DNA of 64,000 nucleotides from an uncultured Methylomirabilota bacterium (GTDB lineage: Bacteria; Methylomirabilota; Methylomirabilia; Methylomirabilales; 2-02-FULL-66-22). Under the pieces are notes generated by a model. It worked only from the letters and a program-made list of their open reading frames with translations. It had not been told where the DNA came from and made no database searches. Of this stretch, positions 30,818 to 40,395 are shown one piece after another. Positions within the stretch are counted from its first letter, which is position 1. Each line of letters begins with the position of its first letter. The position numbers were made by a program, and so were the translations under genes. Location of the stretch: NCBI GenBank assembly GCA_963845565.1, contig CAWJSJ010000002.1, forward strand, positions 1,568,001 to 1,632,000. The letters run 5' to 3'.

Positions 30818-31996
30818 TCAGCTCCACGAGGTGCGCAGGAAGCGGACCAACCGGTCCATGGCGGGCTCCAGGATGGCCCGCTCGGCAGCGTAGCAAATCC
30901 GCAGGGACCCTTCTCCCCCCGCCCCGAAGGCGACGCCGGGGGCGATCCCGACCTTGGTCTCGTGCAGGAGCCGCCAGCAAAACGCGAAGGAGTCGGTCAG
31001 CCCCGCGATCCGCGGAAAGACGTAGAAAGCCCCATCGGGCGAGGGGACCGTCACCCCCGGAACCTCCCGCAGGGCGGCCAGGCAAAAATCCCGGTTGTCT
31101 TTGAGCCGCGCCAGCATCCGCTGCAGATCGTCCTCGCCCTGCGCCAGGGCGTCCTGCGCGGCGCGCTGGATGAAGCTGGCGGCGTGGGACACGATGAACT
31201 CATTGAGCTGCGCCGCCTTGGCCGCGAGGTCTTGGCGAGCGACCAGCCAGCCCACCCGCCAGCCCGTCATGCAGAAGGTCTTGGAAAAGGACTGGGCCAC
31301 CACCACCGCGTCCTGGCGGGTGGCCTTGCGCAGGATGGACGCGGCCGGGGCGCCCAGTGACGAGCCGGCGTAGTAGAGGCGGTCGTACACCTCGTCGGCG
31401 AGGAGCCACAAGTCGTGGCGCCGCGCGAACGCGAGAAGCTGATCCTGCTCGTGTTCCGTGGCCACCCACCCGAGCGGATTCGAGGGGGAGGTGTACACCA
31501 GGAGACGCGTCCGGGATGTCACGGCCGCTTCCAGCGCCGCGAAGTTCACGCAGAACCGGTCGCCCTGAAGCAGGAAGGGGATCTCCACCGGGACCGCGCT
31601 GTCCATCCGGATGATGGCGGCGCCGTTCGGCCACGCGGGGGTGAGCACGAGGGCCTCGTCGCCGGGGTTCAGGATGCAGCGGATGGCGACGTTCAGCGCC
31701 TGGACACCGGAGGCGGTGACGACGATCTCGGAGCGCGGGTCGAGCTCCACCGTCTGAGTCCGCCGGTAGTAGGCGGCCAGGTCTTCCCGCAACCCCGGCA
31801 GGCCGGCGTTCTCCGAGTAGAAGGTGTAGCCGTCCTCCAGGGCTTGGGCGGCGGCCCGCTTGATATGCCCCGGGGTCGGCAGGTTGGATTCGCCGAAGTA
31901 CAACTTGAGGACGCCGTCCATCTTCATGGCGGCATCGGCGATTTCGCGGATGCGGGACGGCGGCACCAGTCGGGCGGACGAGGCGATGGTCGGCAT
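30818..31996 (-). CDS. PLP-dependent aminotransferase class I/II
   Basis: SPSNPLG, LADEVY, SFSKTFCMTGWRVG, PG.AFG..GEG.LR. Confidence 0.93.
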   Translation of the reverse strand: MPTIASSARLVPPSRIREIADAAMKMDGVLKLYFGESNLPTPGHIKRAAAQALEDGYTFYSENAGLPGLREDLAAYYRRTQTVELDPRSEIVVTASGVQALNVAIRCILNPGDEALVLTPAWPNGAAIIRMDSAVPVEIPFLLQGDRFCVNFAALEAAVTSRTRLLVYTSPSNPLGWVATEHEQDQLLAFARRHDLWLLADEVYDRLYYAGSSLGAPAASILRKATRQDAVVVAQSFSKTFCMTGWRVGWLVARQDLAAKAAQLNEFIVSHAASFIQRAAQDALAQGEDDLQRMLARLKDNRDFCLAALREVPGVTVPSPDGAFYVFPRIAGLTDSFAFCWRLLHETKVGIAPGVAFGAGGEGSLRICYAAERAILEPAMDRLVRFLRTSWS

Positions 31997-32287
31997 GGTC
32001 GTGTCGTGACTCCCGGAAGAGGGGTGACGGCGCGCGGGGAAGGCGCCGCGCGCCAGGTCGCGTACGTGGGCTACATTATCCGTTGATCGGGCCCCGGGCG
32101 TCAAGGAGGTCGCATCCAGCGGTCTGCCCGGGGGCCCCGCAGCGGCATTTCCGCTTGACAGGGGGTGGCCGTTGCCAGACCATCCCGGCGGACGGGCAGT
32201 TGCCGAGCGGCACGGCGCACCCCGCGAAGGCCACCCGGGGAGACGAGACCAATGGCGCGAAGAACGCACGCTACTCCCGAGGATGCC

Positions 32288-32989
32288 ATGCGGGCCGTGA
32301 CGGAGGATATCCTGCTCCGTGCGATCAGGCGGGCCCGGAAGACGGGGCGGACCGTCTCCATCAGCAAGACGGGCCGGGGGAAGGGAGTGGATGTGACCAC
32401 CCTCGACCCACGGACGCCGGAAGGCCGAACGCGGCTCGAGGCGTTTCTCACCCCCATCCACCGGCACTACACCGTCTCGGGCCTGGGGGCGCCCGAGGAG
32501 CGGGACGCCATCAGTTGGCGATCGCTGAACCTTCCCGTCTGGCGGCGCGCCTTGGTGGGGCTGCAGGTCGCCGTGTCCTTCCTGATGAAGGGCACGCCCC
32601 GCAAGAACGCCCTCTACCGCTGGATGGGGGTGCACGTCGGCAGGAACGTCGAGATCATGCAGATGGCCTGGCTGGACCACTACCGGCCGGAGCTGATCTG
32701 GATCGGCGACAACACGCTGATCGGCGCCTTCACGCGGATCACCGTCCACGCCTACGAGGGGCAGGGCCGTTTCCGCTACGGTCTGGTCACGATCGGGAAA
32801 CACTGCACCATCGGGGCAGGCACCGGGATCGGCCCGATCCGGATCGAGGACGGGGTCCGCACGCTACCGGGCGCCACGCTCTCCCCCTACCTCGCGCGCA
32901 TCAAGGCCGGATCGGTCGTCGGCTACGCCCCACCCCCCGTGCGACGGCCCGAGCACGAGCCGTCCGGAACCCCCGCGTCCGAATCGTGA
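32288..32989 (+). CDS. Left-handed beta-helix (hexapeptide) acyltransferase-like protein
   Basis: KNALYRWMGVHVG, PELIWIGDNTLIG, V.IGKHCTIGA; start uncertain (32252 or 32288). Confidence 0.7.
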   Translation: MRAVTEDILLRAIRRARKTGRTVSISKTGRGKGVDVTTLDPRTPEGRTRLEAFLTPIHRHYTVSGLGAPEERDAISWRSLNLPVWRRALVGLQVAVSFLMKGTPRKNALYRWMGVHVGRNVEIMQMAWLDHYRPELIWIGDNTLIGAFTRITVHAYEGQGRFRYGLVTIGKHCTIGAGTGIGPIRIEDGVRTLPGATLSPYLARIKAGSVVGYAPPPVRRPEHEPSGTPASES

Positions 32990-33029
32990 GGGTGCAGTCC
33001 GGTCACGCTAGTCTGTGACAACGGCTTAA

Positions 33030-33180
33030 CAGGCTGCTGAAAACCCGTTTTCGCCCAGGCTGCTCAAGAAGGTCCAGATGCCAGGCGGAACGCGCAAGGC
33101 CGAGTGAGGCGTACTCCTGGTACGCCGCAATGAGTGCCTCAGCGTTCCAACGCCGCAGATGGGCCTCCTTGCGCAGCCTG
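33030..33180 (-). mobile_element. Family A element
   Basis: Flanked TTAA/TTAG; abuts TAA of the TPR gene; preceded by a family B terminal fragment TGACAACGGCT. Confidence 0.8.
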
Positions 33181-33648
33181 TTAGTGGCCGACGCGGATCG
33201 CCTCGTCGAGTTCCTTAGCGCGAGCGGCATCCAGCGGCGTGAGCCGCTCCAGGATGACGCGGGCGTCGGCCAATCGGCCCAGCTTCACGTAGGTCTCGCC
33301 CAAATATTCCAGGGCCTCCGGGAAATTCGGCCGAAGCTTGAGTGCCTGATCGTAAGCGCCGAGGGCGTCATCGTACTTCCCGGTCTGCCGGAGGGCGAAG
33401 CCAAGCTCGTTCCAGGCTTCCGGGTAATCCGGGCGGGACTCCACCGCGCGGCGGAAGCTCACGATGGCGTCAGGATAGCGCTTGGCGGCCTTGGCCTGGA
33501 GGCCGGCATTGTACTGCGCCTCGGCGGAGCGCGGAGCCGCCGGCGTCGGCGCCGGCCCGCTGCCCACCGCCGACGCCACAGCAGGCAGGGCAAGCAGGAA
33601 ACCCAAAACGAGAGACAGGGCACGCCCCGATCGGGTGCGACTGACCAT
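33181..33648 (-). CDS. Secreted tetratricopeptide-repeat protein
   Basis: Signal peptide plus about 3 TPRs (EAWNELGFAL, EALEYLGETY); GGAGGT RBS before ATG. Confidence 0.85.
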   Translation of the reverse strand: MVSRTRSGRALSLVLGFLLALPAVASAVGSGPAPTPAAPRSAEAQYNAGLQAKAAKRYPDAIVSFRRAVESRPDYPEAWNELGFALRQTGKYDDALGAYDQALKLRPNFPEALEYLGETYVKLGRLADARVILERLTPLDAARAKELDEAIRVGH

Positions 33649-33663
33649 GGGACACCTCCTTGG

Positions 33664-33813
33664 AAGGCTGCTGAAAAAGACCCATCTGCGGCGTTGGCCG
33701 GCCTCAGCGCTCGCTGCGGCGTACCTCCAGTACGCCTCGCTCGGCCGTCGGCCCGCCGCCTTGCATCTGGGCCCTTTTGAGCAGCCTAGGAAGAACGGGT
33801 TTTCCAGCACCCG
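33664..33813 (+). mobile_element. Family A element
   Basis: AAGGCTGCTGAAAA...TTTTCCAGCACCCG. Confidence 0.8.
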
Positions 33814-33816
33814 TTT

Positions 33817-33915
33817 AGCCGTTGCGAAATACCTTGTCCATGTGTGGTAATTTCGTTACGGCTCCTGCTGCCGTTTCCGGAATTTCGCCGGTCAAGTCAT
33901 TCTTCGACAACGGCT
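33817..33915 (+). mobile_element. Family B element (diverged), adjoining family A copy
   Basis: AGCCGTTGCGAAAT...ATTTCGTTACGGCTCC...GACAACGGCT. Confidence 0.75.
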
Positions 33916-33981
33916 TGAGTATGGGGTTCTGCCTGTCTCAACCGGCGGGAGGTGCGAATGGTTCCCGGGGGCGGGAACGAC

Positions 33982-34762
33982 TCAGGCCGGCCCTGTCGGG
34001 GTGACCGTCCACCAGATCACCGCGCTCTGCCGCCGCATCGGTGCGATGAGGCTAGGCGCCGGCCGGGCGTAGCCTGTTCTCTAGAAACTCGACGAGCGTC
34101 CGGCGCTGGGTGGGCTCGGTGAGTTCCATCTGTTGGACCCAGAACTCCGTGGCTTCCCGCATTGTGGCGAACGGCTGATCGAATTCGTAGCCGATGATCT
34201 GGACATTGGCGTAGATGCCGAGGCTGTGGAGCAGGTTGAGAGTGTGGAGGTAATCGTCGCGGGCGGGGTAGGGTCGGCCGAGGAGCAGGGGGTACAGCTC
34301 GCCGAGGTAGAATTTCTCCGCGCCGGGGCCCACGTTCTGCACGAACGCCATCGCACGGCACGCCAGGGGCTCCGCCGCCGTCAGGAAGCCCAGCAGATCC
34401 TTGAAGATGGGGGCCACGTTGGCCACCAGGACCAGGTCGTGGGGGGCGAGTGGGGACTCGCCCCAGGCGGCCTGCAGGCAGGTCACGTTCTCGAGGTGGT
34501 TCCGAGCGAGATTTGCCTGAAGCTCCTCCATCATGGTGGGAGAAGGTTCGAGGGCCGTGACCTGTTCGACCCGTTTGGCCAGCGGCACCGTGAGCGCTCC
34601 GACGCCGGCCCCGACGTCCAGGACGCTGCGGCAGTCCGCCAAGGCGGACTCGAGCGCCTTGATCGCCCGGGCCGGGAAGTCGCTCTGCTGGATGGCCTGG
34701 CTGAAGAGTCGAGCGCGATGCGGCGTCCAGTAGTCTTGCCCGCGATCCGAGTCGGAAGTCAC
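33982..34762 (-). CDS. Class I SAM-dependent methyltransferase, frameshifted near 34056
   Basis: VLDVGAGVG, TALEPS; ORF stops at 34052 but the shifted frame continues SLIAPMRRQSAVIWW to TGA at 33982-33984. Confidence 0.75.
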
Positions 34763-34772
34763 CGGGAACTCC

Positions 34773-35453
34773 TTAGCAGGCGCGGACCTTCCGGGCGATG
34801 GTCAGCCATTCGCGATGGGTCACGGGGCCGCTGTCGGGTACCTCGGCCAGGTCCACGATTTCGCAGGTGAGCAGGTCGAAGCGGTCCGGCGGCAGGAGCG
34901 CCGCGATGTCGTCGGCGTCGAAGAAATGCATCCGCTTGCCCTTGGGATCGATGCGGGTGTTGGGTTCCGGGTGCGGTTCCCAGGTGGAGAATCCCGCCTC
35001 GTCCGTCGAGAAGTTGGTCATGGCAATCAGCCCGCCGTCCCGGGTGAGGCCCCAGAGGCGGTTCACCATGGCGCGCCGAACCGGCTCGGGCTGCAGGTGG
35101 ATCAGGTGCACGGCCACCGCGGCATCGAACGATCCCTGGGGGAGGTCGGCCGCCAGGAGGTCCCCGGCGATGAAGTGGACCGACAGGCCGTCGCGGACGG
35201 CCTGTTCCTCCGCCCATCGGAGCGCGTTCGCGCTCAGGTCGAGACCGGTGACGGCAAATCCCTCACGCGCGTAGAAGAGGGCGTCCCGACCGGAGCCGCA
35301 GCCGGCCTCCAGGAGTCGCACCACCTTCTCGCGCCGGAAGAGCGCGCCGAGCCGGCGGGCAACGGAGGTCGGCTCGGTCCCGTAGAGCCGCGCCTCCGCG
35401 TACCGCGCGTCCCAGAACGCCGCCGCATCCTCCGGCTCCACCGCGCGCACCAT
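34773..35453 (-). CDS. Class I SAM-dependent methyltransferase
   Basis: FWDARY, LLEAGCGSGRD, VTGLDLS, SFDA. Confidence 0.88.
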   Translation of the reverse strand: MVRAVEPEDAAAFWDARYAEARLYGTEPTSVARRLGALFRREKVVRLLEAGCGSGRDALFYAREGFAVTGLDLSANALRWAEEQAVRDGLSVHFIAGDLLAADLPQGSFDAAVAVHLIHLQPEPVRRAMVNRLWGLTRDGGLIAMTNFSTDEAGFSTWEPHPEPNTRIDPKGKRMHFFDADDIAALLPPDRFDLLTCEIVDLAEVPDSGPVTHREWLTIARKVRAC

Positions 35454-35520
35454 GGGCATTCTCCAACGGCATACGACATTCATGACCAAAGGCGAATGAC
35501 CCAATCGACCAATTGACTAA

Positions 35521-35672
35521 CAGGATGCGGAAAATCCCGCTTTTCCCCAGGCTGCTCAAAAAGGTCCACATGCAAGGCGGCGAACGCAGGGCCGAGTGAG
35601 GCGTACTCCAGGTACGCCGCAATGAGCGCCCAAGTGAGCCAACGCAGCAGATGGGCCTTTTTCAGCAGCCTG
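35521..35672 (-). mobile_element. Family A element, complete 152-bp copy with CTAA direct repeats
   Basis: CTAA|CAGGATGCGGAAAA...TTTTCAGCAGCCTG|CTAA: 14-bp imperfect terminal IR plus 4-bp flanking duplication. Confidence 0.88.
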
Positions 35673-36164
35673 CTAATGCCCCTGTCTTTTCCGTGCGGCG
35701 GCCAGTGCCAGCGCCACGGCCTCTTTGGCGTCGCGGGCCTGCTGGATCGGCACCTCCTCCTGTCCGGTGCGCCGCAGGTCCCAGGTGTCGAGGCCGATCA
35801 CGGGGGTGCCCTCGATCTTGGCGAAGGCGATCTCGGACAGGGTACCGTACTTGCCCCCGACGGCGATCACGGCGTGGGCGCTGCGCGCCACCAAGAGATT
35901 CCGGGCGTGACCCAGGCCGGTCGGGATCGCATAGGTCACGTAGGGGTTGGCTTCTCCGTGGCGCGAGCCCGGCAGGATGCCGATGGTCACCCCGCCGCGG
36001 CTGTGGGCGCCACGGCAGGCGGCCTCCATGGCTCCCCCCAGCCCACCGCAGATCAGAACCGCGCCGGCCGCCGCGATCTCCGCCCCCACCGCCTCTGCGA
36101 GGGCCGCCAGGCGGGGCGACGGATCGTTCTCACCGATCACCGAGATGAAGAGAGGACGGTCCAT
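35673..36164 (-). CDS. TIGR00725 / LOG-like (SLOG) family protein
   Basis: CGGLGGAMEAA.RGA, TIGILPG, TGLGHARN, GG.YGTLSEIAFA. Confidence 0.9.
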   Translation of the reverse strand: MDRPLFISVIGENDPSPRLAALAEAVGAEIAAAGAVLICGGLGGAMEAACRGAHSRGGVTIGILPGSRHGEANPYVTYAIPTGLGHARNLLVARSAHAVIAVGGKYGTLSEIAFAKIEGTPVIGLDTWDLRRTGQEEVPIQQARDAKEAVALALAAARKRQGH

Positions 36165-36202
36165 GGGTCGCCTCCACGCTCAGTTGGGTCGCCCGTTCTT
36201 AG

Positions 36203-36272
36203 CAGGATGCTGAAAAACCCGTTTTTGCCGTTTCCAGCATATCTCTGGTCAAGTCATTCTTTGACAACGGCT
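36203..36272 (+). mobile_element. Chimeric fragment: family A outer end fused to family B right half
   Basis: TTAG|CAGGATGCTGAAAAACCCGTTTTT joined to GCCGTTTCC...TTCTTTGACAACGGCT; overlaps the JAB stop codon. Confidence 0.7.
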
Positions 36273-36820
36273 CACTCCGGTCGCACCTCGACCGACGTGG
36301 GGCCCTTGGTCTTGGCCATGAAGCCGACCGCGTAGGGGCAGACCAGGGGGACGCGCGACACTGTCCCTCCGTTCTTGTGGTAGGCGGCCAGGCGGATCGA
36401 GTAGCCGTTGATGCTCCCCGAGATGAGGCCGCCCTTGACGTTTCCCCACCGCTGCTGTCGGTGCCCGTCGTTGATGGCGACGATGATGGACGTGCCGTCG
36501 TCGCGAAAGTCCTGGTGATCGGTGCGGGACAGCTTGGTGGTGGCCTTCTTTTCGCCGTACATCGGGTGGGAGTGATAGTCGCCCACCAGCTCCCAGCGGG
36601 AGGTGGCCCGCACGGCCTCGGCCACCCGCTGCCCGCGGTGCCAGTCCATGTGCACCTCCTGGAACTTCCGGACGGCCGACTGGTAGGGGACCACGAAATC
36701 CACCATGATCCGATCGGGCTCGCGGTGGCCCAGCAGGATTCCAAAGCACTCGCGCCGGTACACCTCGACCGTGGACACCAGGAGCCCGACGAAGGCGTTC
36801 TCGCTCAGGTACACTTCCAT
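36272..36820 (-). CDS. JAB/MPN+ (Mov34) metalloprotease domain protein
   Basis: ECFGILLG and GDYHSHP...LSRTD match the JAMM pattern E...HxH...S..D. Confidence 0.85.
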   Translation of the reverse strand: MEVYLSENAFVGLLVSTVEVYRRECFGILLGHREPDRIMVDFVVPYQSAVRKFQEVHMDWHRGQRVAEAVRATSRWELVGDYHSHPMYGEKKATTKLSRTDHQDFRDDGTSIIVAINDGHRQQRWGNVKGGLISGSINGYSIRLAAYHKNGGTVSRVPLVCPYAVGFMAKTKGPTSVEVRPE

Positions 36821-36884
36821 GAATTCCGACTCCGTCGTACTATCTCACCCCGAGCCCCGGGCCCGGGAACGAAACCGATCCTAG

Positions 36885-37246
36885 CAGAATGCTGAAAACT
36901 CCTCTTTCAATCAGGCTGCTCAAGAAGAACCAGCGATCAGCACTCAGCTGGAGCCCACGCGACCGACCCTTCGCCGCTGATAGCTGAACGCGTACAACGC
37001 TCTACGTTCAGCGACCAGCCGAGACCGCACGTACTTGCTCAGGTTTCGCTGAGCGCCGCTGATAGCTAACTTCTTTTCGCCCAGGCCGTTCAATACGGTC
37101 CAGATGCCAGGCGGCGCGCCGAAGGCCGGGGTACCCAGCGGAGCTGGGTCCAGGCGTACTGGAAGTACGTCGCAACGAGTGCCGAGGCGGGCGGGGTACC
37201 CGTCCGCAGGATGGGTCGCCGCAGATGGGCCGTTTTCAGCGGCCTG
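36885..37246 (-). mobile_element. Family A fragment (36885-36927), heptamer tract, and family A copy (about 37070-37246) with two hairpin inserts
   Basis: CTAG|CAGAATGCTGAAAA at left, TTTTCAGCGGCCTG|TTAG at right; cagcgat cagcact cagc / gctgata gctgaac between. Confidence 0.72.
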
Positions 37247-38021
37247 TTAGGAGCGTGGTGGCCTGACTCCGGACTTCCTCCCGGCGGTCGCTGGCCGACA
37301 GGGCCCGCAAGTCCTGGCGCATGAGATACGGCAACAACCCCAGCGCGATGCGGACCGGCGTGGCCGGATTGTTGGCCAGGGCCACCTTCACCGGGTACCG
37401 CGCGATCCAGCGGTCGTCCTGTGCGACGATCGCCAGGGCCTGGGGGTCGGCCCGCCGCGAGGCGGCGAGTTTGACCACCTCGGCTTCGGTGACCCGCGGA
37501 TTGCCGAGCAGTGCTCGCACGACCCGGGGGTCGGGATCGAAGAGCAGGCGCTCTACCGCCCCCGCGATCGCGCGTCGGGCCAGCGAGATGCGGTATCCGA
37601 TGGGCTCGGTGGGTCGCGGCAGGACGCCGTCCTCCGCCTCCGGTCCGCGTCGTGGGGCATCGGCGAAGAGGGCCGCGCCCGGGTGGCCGCGCCTCCGCAG
37701 CGCCTCGGCGGCCGCCGTCAGGTGGGCCGACGACAGGACCTGTTCCAACCGGCCCCGATCCAGCAATCCGAAGCCGATCTGCCGTGCTCGGACGTCCCCC
37801 TCCGCCACCCGCGCCAGGAGGCGGGCGAATGTCCAGGCCGTCTCCTCGACGGAACGGGACCGCAGGTGCTCTCCGAACCGGTGCAGCCTGAGCGTCGGGT
37901 CCACGACCCCGACCAGGAGGTCCAGCACGCGGTCGGCCTCCCGCTCGGTCCGCAGTCGTCGGCACGCGAGCAGATAGGCCTGGAACGTCGAGTCGAGCCG
38001 GAGCCCGATGGCATGATCCAT
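37236..38021 (-). CDS. Hypothetical helical-repeat (LRV-like) protein
   Basis: LLFDPDPRVVRALLGNP, YPVKVALANNPATP; stop codon lies inside the family A terminal IR. Confidence 0.65.
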   Translation of the reverse strand: MDHAIGLRLDSTFQAYLLACRRLRTEREADRVLDLLVGVVDPTLRLHRFGEHLRSRSVEETAWTFARLLARVAEGDVRARQIGFGLLDRGRLEQVLSSAHLTAAAEALRRRGHPGAALFADAPRRGPEAEDGVLPRPTEPIGYRISLARRAIAGAVERLLFDPDPRVVRALLGNPRVTEAEVVKLAASRRADPQALAIVAQDDRWIARYPVKVALANNPATPVRIALGLLPYLMRQDLRALSASDRREEVRSQATTLLTGR

Positions 38022-38161
38022 ACGCGGTGGTTACGAGGTGCAGCGGAGCGTGCCGTCAGACAGCGACACAGCCGAACGAGAGGGCGATTACCTCATTCCG
38101 CGCGGAGGGGTGAGGAATGTACGTCCCCCGCGAGATCAGCGATCTTGAAACCAGACACATC

Positions 38162-38237
<76 letters not shown>

Positions 38238-38327
38238 GTCCGGCTGTCCTTCCGGGGCGATGTCCGCGCCCGGTCTGGCGTCACTACCCCCTGGGTTTCA
38301 ACCGCCCCAGTGCGACCCAGCCTGCTG

Positions 38328-38356
38328 ACTATAGACAATGCACCGTGACCTGTCCA
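38328..38356 (-). promoter_or_regulatory. Probable sigma70 promoter of tRNA-Ala
   Basis: Minus strand TGGACA-N17-TATAGT about 90 bp upstream of the tRNA. Confidence 0.6.
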
Positions 38357-38531
38357 GGGATTTTTGGGGGTTCTGGCGAATCGTTTCGACGATGTTCGGC
38401 ACGACCAAAGTGCTGTAACACTCTACGAAGAAAGGCTTCTTGAGTCAAATCTGGCAGACATGGCGAAAATGAATTTGGGACACATTGACCCAAATCAGTG
38501 TCCGCCACGAGTTGGCGGAACACTCCCAGAG

Positions 38532-39194
38532 TCAATCGTCCGCGTCCTCACCTTCTGGTCCAGCCCAGCTCATCTCGCGATTGACCGGGATCGCCTGCCG
38601 GCACATGGGGCATTCGGATGGCGTATACGTCGGGACATCCTGCGAGACGATCGTGAACACGGGATACTTGAACGGCGTCCCACGGCTCCGGCGCCAGATC
38701 GCCCCGATGCCGACCACCTGCCCCCCCATACTCTCTACCAGCCGGATGAGTTGCTGAACGGTTTCGCCGGTGGTCAGAATGTCCTCGATGATGAGCACGC
38801 GGCCGCCTTCGGCGAAGAAGACGCGGTACTCCGCGGGGAGAGAGACCTCCGTCTGGCTGCCGACGCGCTTCTCCTTGGTGGCGAAGATGGATCGGGGGCG
38901 TGCCGGATGGGCGCGGGCCACGCAATGGCCGAGGAGGCCGGCGCTGTAGCCGGTGGTCAGCACCAGGTCCACCGGGGAGCGGCTGAAGTGCGTGGCAATG
39001 ATGTCGCCCAGGCCCGCGGTGAAGGTGGGCTCGGTCGTGACCAGCGTCTTGGCGACGTACTCCGAGGTGTGGCGGCCCGATCGCAGGACGATGTGGTCGT
39101 CGGTCCGATAGGCGCCGGTGCGAAGCAGGATTCCCCGGTTGAGCCGCTCCCGGATGACATCATCGATGGGTATGGATTTGTCATGATACGGCAT
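38532..39194 (-). CDS. pyrE: Orotate phosphoribosyltransferase-like type I PRTase
   Basis: LRSGRHT..Y, VLIIEDILTTG PRPP loop, C-terminal CPMC. Confidence 0.75.
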   Translation of the reverse strand: MPYHDKSIPIDDVIRERLNRGILLRTGAYRTDDHIVLRSGRHTSEYVAKTLVTTEPTFTAGLGDIIATHFSRSPVDLVLTTGYSAGLLGHCVARAHPARPRSIFATKEKRVGSQTEVSLPAEYRVFFAEGGRVLIIEDILTTGETVQQLIRLVESMGGQVVGIGAIWRRSRGTPFKYPVFTIVSQDVPTYTPSECPMCRQAIPVNREMSWAGPEGEDADD

Positions 39195-39216
39195 GCTGCC
39201 ACCCCTCCGACTGGTT

Positions 39217-39954
39217 TCAGGGTGAACGCTTGGACCGTCGCCGATATTCGGCGATCAGGCCGTGATCGGCGAAGCTGTAGTGGTCGCTCCGCCCGATGAT
39301 GACGTGATCCAGCAGCGGGACGTGCAGCAGGTCGCCGGCCAGGACCAGCTCCTCGGTCAGGGCCCGGTCGCCGGCGCTGGGCTGGGCATGGCCGGACGGG
39401 TGGTTATGGACCAGGATGGTCGCCGCCGCATGGTGCCGGTTGGCCAGGTCCAGGATGGTGCGCACGTAGACGGGGCTCTCCGTGAGCGAACCCTCGCTCA
39501 GCGTCTCGAGCGCCACCACGTCGTTGCCCCCGTTCAGGAAGAGCATGTCGCACCGCTCGTGCTGCAGGCCGCGCAGCCGGGGCACGCACAGGGCCAGAAC
39601 GTCCTGCGAGCTGGCGACGCGGTGATGGGTGTCCCGCTCGACCTCTGCGAGAAGTCGTCGGCCCAGCTCCAGCGCCGCCTTGACCTGGGCTACCTTGGCC
39701 GGGCCGACGCCGGGAGTTTCGGTGAGGATGTCGGGGGTGGCGGCCTCCAGCCCCGCGAGCCCGTGCTGATCCCGGAGCAGGGCGCGGGCGACGTCCACGG
39801 CACTCCGCCCCCGCGAACCCGTCCGCAGGACGATGGCCAGGAGTTCCGCGGTGGTCAGGTGGCGCGCCCCCTCGGCGAGCAGTCGCTCGCGGGGCCGTTC
39901 CCCTTCGGGCCAGTCGCGGATGGCGTACCGTTTTGGCGGGACCCCGGGTGCCAT
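39217..39954 (-). CDS. radC: RadC (UPF0758) JAB-domain protein
   Basis: ERPRERLL..G, ELLAIVLRTG, GVGPAK, VHNHPSG...PS..D, LLDHVIIG. Confidence 0.95.
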   Translation of the reverse strand: MAPGVPPKRYAIRDWPEGERPRERLLAEGARHLTTAELLAIVLRTGSRGRSAVDVARALLRDQHGLAGLEAATPDILTETPGVGPAKVAQVKAALELGRRLLAEVERDTHHRVASSQDVLALCVPRLRGLQHERCDMLFLNGGNDVVALETLSEGSLTESPVYVRTILDLANRHHAAATILVHNHPSGHAQPSAGDRALTEELVLAGDLLHVPLLDHVIIGRSDHYSFADHGLIAEYRRRSKRSP

Positions 39955-39984
39955 CGGCCGCTCAATAGGTGGGGGGTTGGGGGT

Positions 39985-40250
39985 TTCGGCAACTTGGCGA
40001 CTGGGCAACTTGGCGACTGGGCAATTTGGCAATCAGGTAATTCGGCAACTCCAAATTGCCAAATCGCCTAATCACCAGATTGCCTATCTCTCCCAATTGC
40101 CAGGTGGCCTGATCGCCGAAAGTCGCGGCCGAGGATACCAGGATTCCCCAGACGGGCCAACGCAATTCTCTTAGCAATCAGCGATCAGCTTTCAGCTCTC
40201 AGCGGTCAGAAGTCAGAGGTCAGCAATCAGAAATCAGCGATCAGCGAACA
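39985..40250. repeat. Octamer tract (GGCRAYTK then inverted ATTGCC) followed by heptamer tract (CAGCRAT/TCAG)
   Basis: ggcaactt ggcgactg ggcaactt ggcgactg ggcaattt ...; tcagcga tcagctt tcagctc tcagcgg tcagaag tcagagg tcagcaa. Confidence 0.75.
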
Positions 40251-40252
40251 GA

Positions 40253-40395
40253 CAGACTGCTCAAAAAGGTCCATATGCAAGGCGGCGAGCGCAAGGCGGG
40301 GTACCCACCGAAGGTGGGTCAAGGCGTACTCCGGGTACGCCGCAACGAGTGCCTAAGCGAACCAACGCAGCAGATGGGCCTTTTTCAGCAGCCTG
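40253..40395 (-). mobile_element. Family A element (outer end missing)
   Basis: Reverse CAGGCTGCTGAAAA abuts the NRAMP TGA; one hairpin insert. Confidence 0.8.

Noticed and set aside
39217..39954. radC as a mobile-element or anti-restriction marker
   Set aside because: Full-length chromosomal type with the N-terminal HhH region, next to pyrE; ordinary context
39985..40250. Possible CRISPR array
   Set aside because: 7-8-bp degenerate units without unique spacers; no cas genes in the window
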